Program-made: the position numbers and the translations under genes
Shown: one piece after another, positions 15,708 to 23,329 of the stretch
Layout: every line of letters starts with the position of its first letter
Position numbering within the stretch: position 1 is the stretch's first letter
Notes under the pieces: generated by a model
What the model was told of the DNA's origin: nothing
What the model saw: the letters and a program-made list of their open reading frames with translations, nothing else
Database searches by the model: none
Origin: Chthoniobacteraceae bacterium
Lineage (GTDB): Bacteria; Verrucomicrobiota; Verrucomicrobiia; Chthoniobacterales; Chthoniobacteraceae
Direction: 5' to 3'
DNA length: 26,983 nucleotides
Assembly: GCA_031409655.1 (NCBI GenBank)
Contig: JANNXQ010000280.1
Coordinates: 1-26,983 of the forward strand

Positions 15708-18113
15708 ATGACCCCCGCTGCCTGGACCTTTACCTTCGGCTTGTCCGTCCTGATCCTTTTCGCCTGGTACTTTTTTACCGATAGCGATCGGGTGAAACGC
15801 ATCCTTGGCTCGGTCCTCACGGTGGGCATCGCGGCCTTTTGTCTGTGGTCGGTGAATCCGCCGAATGACGTGCTCAATGCCGAAGGCGAGGTCGTGCAGG
15901 CCGGCCGGATCCAGCGCGGCCTCGACCTCAAGGGTGGCACCTCTTTCCTGATCCGCCTGATCTCGGAGCCGAATGAGAAGGGTGAAATGCGGGAGATCAC
16001 CCCCACGATGGTCGATCAGGCCGTGGAGGTGATCCGCAAGCGCGTCGATCAACTCGGCACGAGCGAACCGGCGATCACGCCTTCGGGCACGGACCGCGTA
16101 CTCGTGCAGATCCCGGGGCTCGACCCGAAGCGGCTGGAGGAAACACGCGAGCAACTGCGCAAGGTGGCCAAACTCGAGTTTCGCCTCGTGCATCCGCAGA
16201 GCAACGAACTCGTCCCGCAGATCGAGGCCGGCACGGCGGTGCTGCCTCCGGGTTACAGTGTCGAGGCCATGGAGAATGAGCGTGGGGGCAAGAAGGTCGA
16301 GGGTCGGATCTTAGTAAAGAAGAAGCCGGATCTTCTCGGGACCCACGTGACGCGGGCCTCGGCGAGCTTCGGTCAGGAAGGTTGGGAGACAAATTTGGAG
16401 TTTGATGCGCAAGGTGGAGAGCTCTTTGGCAAACTCACCGAGCAGGTCAATCGCGAGAATTCGCAGATGGCCATCGTGATGGACGGCAAGGTCATCTCTG
16501 CGCCGGGCGTGAAGACGCAGGGCGGCATCTGGGGCGGCAGCGCCCAGATCAGCGGTGGCAGCATGAATGAGCGCGAGGCCCGCAATCTGGCCAGTGCCCT
16601 CGAGAATCCGCTCGAGACGCCGGTGGCCATCGAAGAAGAGCGGAGCGCGTCCGCATCCCTCGGCGAAGACGCCATCAACAGCGGCCTGAAAGCCGGCCTC
16701 CTCGGCGTCGCGATCACCATCTTCTGCGTGCTCATCTACTACCGGACGGCCGGGCTCATCGCGAATATCGCGCTGGCCGTGAACGTGATTTTTCTCTTCG
16801 GCGCCATGGCGTCTTTCAATGTCGTGCTCACCCTGCCCGGGATCGCGGGCGTGATCCTCACGCTCGGCATGGCTATCGATGCCAACGTGCTCATCTACGA
16901 GCGACTGCGCGAGGAACTCGCCGAGGGCAAGTCCATCCGGGCGGCCGTCAACGCCGCTTACGACAAGGCCTTCTCCGCCATCTTTGACTCGAACGTGACG
17001 ACGCTGATCACCGCGGTGATCCTCTTCTGGAAGGCGACCGGTCCGGTGAAGGGCTTCGCCGTCACGCTCACCATGGGCATCGTGGCCTCGATGTTCACGG
17101 CGATGATCGTCACCCGGAACCTCTTTGAGTGGGCGCTGACGAAGGGCTGGATCAAGCAGATCAAGATGACCAATCTGATCCGCGCGACGAACTATGACTT
17201 CCTCGGCAAGCGAAAAGCCGCGATCGGGCTTTCGCTGGTCGTCATCACGGCGTCGATTGCCATCTTCGCCTCCCGCGGCGAACGCAACTTCGGCGTGGAT
17301 TTCAAAGGCGGCGACCGCCTCGTCCTCGAAGCCAAAGGCTCCCGGCCTTCGGACAATGAAGTCCGGACCGCACTCGCCTCGATCAAGGTGGGCGATTGCG
17401 TCGTGCAGACGGAAAAATCCGCGGCGAAGGAATTCATCACCGTGCGCAGTCCCGCCGACACCAGCACGGCGGTGTCGAAGCACCTTGTGGCGACCTTCCC
17501 GCAGGCGCAATTCACCGAACAAGGCGTGGAAAAAGTCGGCAGCCTCATCGGGAGCGAACTCGCGCGGAACTCACTCATCGCGCTCCTCCTCGGCGTGGTC
17601 GGCATCCTCCTTTACGTCACCCTGCGCTTCGAGTTTTCCTTCGCTGTCGGCGCGATCGTCGCCTTGCTCCACGACGTCATCATCACCGTGGGTTTCTTCG
17701 CGCTCTTCGACCGCGAGCTCTCCCTCATCATCGTCGGTGCCGTGCTGACCATCGCCGGCTACTCGGTGAATGACACCATCGTCGTCTATGACCGCATCCG
17801 CGAAGGCATCAAGTCTGGCCGGAAGGGCTCCGTGCAGGAGATCATGAACCTGAGCGTGAACGAAACGCTCAGCCGGACGATCCTGACCGGCGGCGTCACT
17901 TTGCTCACGACGGCTGGGCTCTACATCTTCGGCGGCCCGGTGCTGAATGACTTCGCGTTTGCGGTCCTCATCGGCGTCATCGTCGGCACCTACTCGTCGA
18001 TCTTCATCGCCGCGCCGATCGTCCTCTGGTGGAGCGGCAAAGGTGGCCGCGATCTGCGCGCGGAGATCAAGCGCAGCGACGAAGGGCCGGGGTCAGCGCC
18101 AGCCTTGGTCTAG
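15708..18113 (+). CDS. secDF: Fused protein translocase subunit SecDF (801 aa)
   Basis: GLDLKGG, LTLPGIAGVILTLGMAIDANVLIYER (SecD); GVDFKGG, GYSVNDTIVVYDRIRE, VGTYSSIFIA (SecF). Confidence 0.97.
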   Translation: MTPAAWTFTFGLSVLILFAWYFFTDSDRVKRILGSVLTVGIAAFCLWSVNPPNDVLNAEGEVVQAGRIQRGLDLKGGTSFLIRLISEPNEKGEMREITPTMVDQAVEVIRKRVDQLGTSEPAITPSGTDRVLVQIPGLDPKRLEETREQLRKVAKLEFRLVHPQSNELVPQIEAGTAVLPPGYSVEAMENERGGKKVEGRILVKKKPDLLGTHVTRASASFGQEGWETNLEFDAQGGELFGKLTEQVNRENSQMAIVMDGKVISAPGVKTQGGIWGGSAQISGGSMNEREARNLASALENPLETPVAIEEERSASASLGEDAINSGLKAGLLGVAITIFCVLIYYRTAGLIANIALAVNVIFLFGAMASFNVVLTLPGIAGVILTLGMAIDANVLIYERLREELAEGKSIRAAVNAAYDKAFSAIFDSNVTTLITAVILFWKATGPVKGFAVTLTMGIVASMFTAMIVTRNLFEWALTKGWIKQIKMTNLIRATNYDFLGKRKAAIGLSLVVITASIAIFASRGERNFGVDFKGGDRLVLEAKGSRPSDNEVRTALASIKVGDCVVQTEKSAAKEFITVRSPADTSTAVSKHLVATFPQAQFTEQGVEKVGSLIGSELARNSLIALLLGVVGILLYVTLRFEFSFAVGAIVALLHDVIITVGFFALFDRELSLIIVGAVLTIAGYSVNDTIVVYDRIREGIKSGRKGSVQEIMNLSVNETLSRTILTGGVTLLTTAGLYIFGGPVLNDFAFAVLIGVIVGTYSSIFIAAPIVLWWSGKGGRDLRAEIKRSDEGPGSAPALV

Positions 18114-18139
18114 CTCTGGAGGCACCGCACCACCGCGCA

Positions 18140-18904
18140 CTACTTCACGAGGGCGGAGACGAGCCGCAGATACTGCGCGGCCGTCAGCTTCAGCACATCG
18201 CCGGCGTCCTCTGCACTTGGCTGCCACGTGGAGGGCGGGAGCGATTTCGAAAACTCCACCTTCTCGAAGCGCACCGCGATCTGCCACTCCGGCTGCTCCA
18301 CGATCAGTCGCGTCGGTGTGCCTTTCGGCCCGACCCACACGCGGCTGCTCCAGCCCGGCGCCTTCAGCGAGCGCTCGAGCTCCGGCGCGAGGCGCAGGCC
18401 AAGCACGCGACACACCTCACCGTCGAGCGTTTCCTGGCCACCGTCTTCGACGCGGAAGAGCGCGGGGAGAAAGACGAGCTGCTTTTCCGGCACTGGCAGG
18501 CGGAAAGGTTCGAGGCGCGCCTTCGGATCGGCGGGCGGCAGTTTCTTCGTGCTGGTCGCGGCCTGGAGCAGCGCCTCAACCCGACTGCCGGGCGTCGCCC
18601 AGAGCGACTGGCCATTGCGGCAGATCGTCAGCGTCTCGCCGAGGATCGGGCCGTGCAGGCGGAGCTTGTCGGGATACTCGAGCGAGAGATCGGCGCGGGC
18701 GCCGCCCAGGGCTTCGGGCAGGCCGGTCATCGTCTCGAGCCGCGCGGTGAGCTGCATCGCGCGGTTCGGATGGCGCGTCTGCTGCGCCAGGACGTTGGCA
18801 AAAGGCATCAGCACCTTTGCGAGCACGTCGTACTTATTTTCCGCCGCGGAGATCGGTGGCGGCGCGAGCAGCGTGACGATGAAGAAGAGTTGAAGGAGTT
18901 TCAC
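18140..18904 (-). CDS. Secreted LolA-fold-like protein (DUF2092/lipoprotein-carrier-like, 254 aa)
   Basis: Signal peptide; YPDKLRL...TICRNGQSLW and ETLDGEVCRVL...RVWV...PTRL...FEKVEF patterns typical of the LolA/RseB-like superfamily. Confidence 0.65.
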   Translation of the reverse strand: MKLLQLFFIVTLLAPPPISAAENKYDVLAKVLMPFANVLAQQTRHPNRAMQLTARLETMTGLPEALGGARADLSLEYPDKLRLHGPILGETLTICRNGQSLWATPGSRVEALLQAATSTKKLPPADPKARLEPFRLPVPEKQLVFLPALFRVEDGGQETLDGEVCRVLGLRLAPELERSLKAPGWSSRVWVGPKGTPTRLIVEQPEWQIAVRFEKVEFSKSLPPSTWQPSAEDAGDVLKLTAAQYLRLVSALVK

Positions 18905-18955
18905 AGCTTTGCCTTTGAATCACCGCACGCAATCAACTAGAGCAACGCACGTCCG

Positions 18956-19726
18956 ATGGCGGCAATGCTTTTCCCATTCTCAATGCTCGCTTCCAGTTCC
19001 GCAGGTGGATTGATCTTCGCTCTCGAGAACTCGACGCTCTCCGGCATTCTCGTCCTGCTCGCGCTCTTCGCGGCGTCGATCTTTTCCTGGACGGTGATGT
19101 ACACGAAGTGGACGCAGATCCGGCGCGCCCAGCTTCGGCGGCTCGAATTCCTCGATCTCTTCCGCTCGGAGCGCCAGCCGCTGCGGATCTTTGCCGATCG
19201 CCTGCGCTTCGAAGGCACCCCCATTTTCGCGGTGTATAAGGCGGGCTGCAAGGAGCTGACCTTTCAGCTCCTCGGCTCGGCGGATGTGGACGAGACCTTC
19301 CGTGGCCGGCTGGATGTGGCGGCGAAAATCTCCCCGGCGCAGATGCGCGTGGTGACGACGGCCATGGAGCGCGCAGTGGGCGAGACCGCGCTGAATCTCG
19401 AATCGCGGATGATCGTGCTCGCGACGGCGGTGAGCGGCGCACCCTTCCTCGGGCTGCTCGGCACGGTCTGGGGCGTCATGGATACTTTCAGCGATGTGGC
19501 GCGCGCGGGTTCGGCGAATCTCGCGGCGATGGCGCCCGGCGTGAGCGCGGCGCTCATCACCACCGTCACTGGCTTGCTCGTCGCGATCCCGGCGATGTTT
19601 GGCTACAACTACCTCGTGACGACGATCCGCGGGATGATCGTGGAGCTCGACAATTTCGCCGCTGAACTCGCGAGCGAACTGGAGCACAAGTACGTGGAGC
19701 ACGGCGGACGGAGGGCGGAGCGATGA
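18956..19726 (+). CDS. MotA/TolQ/ExbB proton channel protein
   Basis: SIFSWTVM, APFLGLLGTVWGVMDTF, APGVSAALITTVTGLLVAIPA. Confidence 0.95.
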   Translation: MAAMLFPFSMLASSSAGGLIFALENSTLSGILVLLALFAASIFSWTVMYTKWTQIRRAQLRRLEFLDLFRSERQPLRIFADRLRFEGTPIFAVYKAGCKELTFQLLGSADVDETFRGRLDVAAKISPAQMRVVTTAMERAVGETALNLESRMIVLATAVSGAPFLGLLGTVWGVMDTFSDVARAGSANLAAMAPGVSAALITTVTGLLVAIPAMFGYNYLVTTIRGMIVELDNFAAELASELEHKYVEHGGRRAER

Positions 19727-20136
19727 AGCGTTTCTCCGACCGGCATGGCCTCTCCACGGTGAGCGAACTCAACGTCACGCCGCTGCTCGATCTCGCCTTC
19801 GTGCTGCTGATCATCTTCATGATCACCACGCCGCTGATGGACAACTCGATGGACCTCCAGCTCCCGAAGAGTGGCGCGCCGGAGCGTCCGCTCGATCCCG
19901 GGGCGGTGCAGACCATCTCCATCGATCGCGATGAGAAGGTCGCATTCAATGGGCGCGAGTTGTCGCTCGAAGCACTGAGCGCCGCCCTCGCGACGGCGCT
20001 GGCTGAGAAGCCGGAGATCGCGGTGGTCGTCCGCTCGCACCGCGAACTGCAGGTGCAGAAATTGATCGACGTGCTCGACGTGGTGAAGGCGACGAAGATC
20101 ACGAAGGTGGGTGTGGTCACGAATCCCGAGCAGTGA
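19723..20136 (+). CDS. ExbD/TolR protein
   Basis: ELNVTPLLDLAFVLLIIFMITTP with the conserved TM Asp; ATGA overlap with the upstream gene. Confidence 0.95.
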   Translation: MKRFSDRHGLSTVSELNVTPLLDLAFVLLIIFMITTPLMDNSMDLQLPKSGAPERPLDPGAVQTISIDRDEKVAFNGRELSLEALSAALATALAEKPEIAVVVRSHRELQVQKLIDVLDVVKATKITKVGVVTNPEQ

Positions 20137-20211
20137 TGACCCGCCGCCTTTCTTCCGCACCCGCGCGATCACTTTGAAGCGACTTCCCCGTCTCCCCGAC
20201 TAAGATCACGC

Positions 20212-21192
20212 ATGGCCGAAATCCAAAAGTTCCGCCGCAATCTCATCGTCGTCGCGCTTGCCCATGTGCTGCTCGTCGCGCTGCTCTATGTGGCCGGCGT
20301 GATCCGCCCGAAGCCGCACGTGGATGAAGTGCTGTGGCTCGATGGCGGCTCCCCAGGAGGCGGGGAACCGGCGGCCAATGAGGGCGAGCCACCGCTCGCG
20401 CCAGCACCGCCGGATCCAGCGCCGCCCGAGCCCGAGCCGCCGGCTCCGGAGCCACCGATCGTCGAACCGCCGCCCGTGATCGAGCCCGTGAAGAAGGATC
20501 TGCCGAAGGAAGCCGAGATCGTCGAACCGAAAAAGACCACCCCGACGCCGACGCCAAAACCCAAGCCAAAAGCCAGCACCCCGACCCCCAAGCCCAAGCC
20601 TAAACCGACGACGCCGCGCGCCACCCAAAAGCCAACCGCGAAGCCCGTGGCGAAAGCTTCCCCGAAGGCGCCGCAAAAGCCCGTGGCCAAGACATCGCCA
20701 AAAACCGCGAAGGTCACGAACGACAAAGCGGCCGCGACCAAGCCCTCCGAGAAACCCACGGGAGCGCCAGGCTCTGGAAAGACGGAGCTGGCGAACAAAA
20801 AACCGGGCGCCGGTCCAGGCACGAAATCGACCGGCGCAGGCACGGGCGTCGGCAGCGGCAAGGGTGCCGGTCGCGAGGGCGGCGGCTCGCGGGAAAACGA
20901 GAACAGTTGGTATTTCGAGATGCTGCACGATCGCTTTCACGCACGCTGGGAGCAGCCGACTTCGATCGAACGCGCGGGGCCGGATTTTGTGACGACGCTC
21001 AAGCTGCGCATCGGCAAGGACGGCACGATCCTCGCCCGCGAGATCGTCAATGGCTCGGGCAATGCGGTGATGGATGAATCCGTGCTCACGGCCGCGCAGA
21101 AGGTGCTGACGATCGACCCGCTGCCAAAGGGGCTGGGCAATGGGGAATTCTTTGAGGTGAAGCTGAACTTCAAACTCGACCAGGCGCAGTAA
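20212..21192 (+). CDS. TonB/TolA-family energy transducer
   Basis: N-terminal TM with His (ALAHVLL), Pro/Lys-rich linker, C-terminal TonB_2-like domain (RWEQP...IGKDGTI...SGNAVMDESV...PLP). Confidence 0.88.
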   Translation: MAEIQKFRRNLIVVALAHVLLVALLYVAGVIRPKPHVDEVLWLDGGSPGGGEPAANEGEPPLAPAPPDPAPPEPEPPAPEPPIVEPPPVIEPVKKDLPKEAEIVEPKKTTPTPTPKPKPKASTPTPKPKPKPTTPRATQKPTAKPVAKASPKAPQKPVAKTSPKTAKVTNDKAAATKPSEKPTGAPGSGKTELANKKPGAGPGTKSTGAGTGVGSGKGAGREGGGSRENENSWYFEMLHDRFHARWEQPTSIERAGPDFVTTLKLRIGKDGTILAREIVNGSGNAVMDESVLTAAQKVLTIDPLPKGLGNGEFFEVKLNFKLDQAQ

Positions 21193-21202
21193 GCGCCCGC
21201 CC

Positions 21203-21811
21203 GTGTCTGTGACCTCCCTCCGCCGCGTCTGTGTCTATTGCGGGTCGAATGCGGGCGCTTCAGCGGAGTATCGCTCCGCAGCGGAGGCGCTGGGCACCTT
21301 GCTCGCAGTGCAGGGCGTCGGGCTCGTCTTTGGCGGTGGACGAGTCGGGCTCATGGGGGCGATCGCGGATGCCGCCCTGCGGGCGGGCGGCGAAGTCATC
21401 GGAGTCATCCCGCGCGCGCTGGAGGAGAAGGAGCTGGGACACACTGGCTGCACCGAGCTGCACGTCGTCGGATCGATGCATGAGCGGAAGCAGCTCATGG
21501 CCGATCTCGCGGATGGCTTCCTCGCACTGCCCGGCGGGATCGGCACGCTGGAGGAGCTGTTTGAAACTTTCACCTGGCTGCAACTCGGCTTCCACGCCAA
21601 GCCCGTAGGCGTGTTGAACGTCGCGGGCTTCTTCGATCACCTGCTCGCTTTTCTCCGGGACGTGACCACCGGGAAATTTCTCCTGCCCGAGCATCTTGAC
21701 TGCCTGCTCGTGGAATCCACCCCGGAGCCGCTCCTTGCGCGGATGTCCGCTTTTCGTCCGCCGCAACTCGGGAAGTGGCTGCCCTCGCCGCCCGTTCCAG
21801 ACGAACGCTGA
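21203..21811 (+). CDS. LOG-family (TIGR00730-type) nucleotide phosphoribohydrolase
   Basis: VCVYCGS, GGGRVGLMG, MHERKQLM, ALPGGIGTLEE. Confidence 0.95.
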   Translation: MSVTSLRRVCVYCGSNAGASAEYRSAAEALGTLLAVQGVGLVFGGGRVGLMGAIADAALRAGGEVIGVIPRALEEKELGHTGCTELHVVGSMHERKQLMADLADGFLALPGGIGTLEELFETFTWLQLGFHAKPVGVLNVAGFFDHLLAFLRDVTTGKFLLPEHLDCLLVESTPEPLLARMSAFRPPQLGKWLPSPPVPDER

Positions 21812-21826
21812 GCGGCGCCACAGTGC

Positions 21827-23152
21827 TTACTTCGCCGCCTTCATCCGGTAGGCGACTACGTCCGTCTGCTGGTAGATGCCGTAGAGTTCGCGCAGCTCGC
21901 CGAGCCGCATCAGCAGCCATGGGGAGAGGCGCGAGCGGCCATTCTTCGTGAAGACGATGTCGTCCGCGATGAAGACGCAGGAGTGGAAGGTATTGCCCGT
22001 CTTCCGATCCATGAAGAAGAGGATGTCGCCGAGCTGATCCGCCTTCGGCACTTCGACGAAGTTTTCGAGGGTGTAAGCGGTCGCGAGCGGCGGCTCGGCG
22101 AGACGCTCGAGGGGCTCGTAGTTGGAGAAATTCAACGACGTCCAGTGGCAGTCGGGATAGTAGCCGGAGCGGCCGTGGGTCTCGTTGGGGAAAGTGTAGA
22201 GCAGCTTGCGGACGTTGGCTGGCAGGAGGTGGACGAGGTCGATGTGATCGACGCCATCGGTCGCCAGCATCGAGTCGAGGAAAGGTTCAATGTCCTTGAA
22301 CCTCCGCCCGGCGCTCCAGTATTCGGCGAGCTTCGCGGCGTTGGCTTCCGGTCCGAGGCGGACCTTGCCGACCAGCGTCGCGGTGCGGGAGAGCGCCTTC
22401 CGGATGAGCAGGCGCTCGGCATCGGATTCGGCCATCCGCAGGATCAGCGCCTTGTCGGCGAAAAGCGTGGTCTGCCCGCGCCGAAAGAGCGTCTTCTGAA
22501 TCACCTCGAGGATCGCCGGACGCAGCGGCGTATTGCGGAGCCACGTCTCCACATCGCCACCGGGGACGAGAGTGGGCTCGGCGTGAAAGCGATTCTCGGA
22601 AAAACGCCCGAGCACGGAGTAGATCGCCGCGCGGGCCGCGGACGGGAGCGTCTCCAAGGTCCCGGCCGATGGCGACACGGTCACGATGTTGCCGTCTCGT
22701 CGCCACTTCCCCAGGTCGAGCAACTCCGTGCGGATCGGCTCCGGCAGTTCCACGGAGCGGAGGAGCTTCTCCACGTCCGCCTCGGGCAGGCCGACGAAAT
22801 TCCAATCGAGCGCCAGGGACGAGAGCTCAATCGACTTCAGGAGATCGAGCGGGACCTCCAGATAGGTGGTGAAAAACTCGAGCTCACCCCAGGGGCCGGG
22901 CTTGGCGAGTTGGAGCTGCCCGCGCGGCGTGGTCCCGGCGTCCTGGCGCGTCGTTTTCGCGGGCGGCGCGGCCATGAGCTGGCTGAGCTTTTTGCCTTTC
23001 GGGGGCAGGGTCAGCATGGAGTTGAGCGGATCTTCCTCGGGCACCCCCGCAAAAACGCCGGCCATCCCGGCGAAAATGCTGGCGCAGGCGGCGAGGCAGA
23101 GCGCGGGTTTGAGGGCGGGCTTGGGAAACATTTTATCGAAAATGGGCGGCAC
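21827..23152 (-). CDS. Hypothetical secreted protein with C-terminal putative papain-like Cys-His domain (start GTG 23152 or ATG 23131)
   Basis: 441-aa ORF with protein-like composition filling the gap; signal-like N-terminus; DCHWTSLNF...GDILFF...FHSCVFIADDIVFTKNG. Confidence 0.75.
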   Translation of the reverse strand: MPPIFDKMFPKPALKPALCLAACASIFAGMAGVFAGVPEEDPLNSMLTLPPKGKKLSQLMAAPPAKTTRQDAGTTPRGQLQLAKPGPWGELEFFTTYLEVPLDLLKSIELSSLALDWNFVGLPEADVEKLLRSVELPEPIRTELLDLGKWRRDGNIVTVSPSAGTLETLPSAARAAIYSVLGRFSENRFHAEPTLVPGGDVETWLRNTPLRPAILEVIQKTLFRRGQTTLFADKALILRMAESDAERLLIRKALSRTATLVGKVRLGPEANAAKLAEYWSAGRRFKDIEPFLDSMLATDGVDHIDLVHLLPANVRKLLYTFPNETHGRSGYYPDCHWTSLNFSNYEPLERLAEPPLATAYTLENFVEVPKADQLGDILFFMDRKTGNTFHSCVFIADDIVFTKNGRSRLSPWLLMRLGELRELYGIYQQTDVVAYRMKAAK

Positions 23153-23329
23153 GGTAGCGCAGAAAATGCCGCGCTCAAGTGCGACCTAAGGGCAATATCC
23201 AAGCCACTGAGTGAAATAACTGTAATTTCAAGCAAGTGGCTCGTTTGTTTTCGTCGGTCGCGGAGCGGGTGTCTTCCCTTCCCCGGTTGTCTCCGGTAGG
23301 AGAGTGGTCCGCCCCGACTGCTTTATCTC

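Noticed and set aside
15708..18113. SecD-SecF fusion as a novelty
   Set aside because: Fused SecDF is common in many bacterial phyla.
20390..20890. Repetitive Pro/Lys/Gly-coding DNA as a separate repeat element
   Set aside because: Explained by the normal TonB/TolA periplasm-spanning linker.
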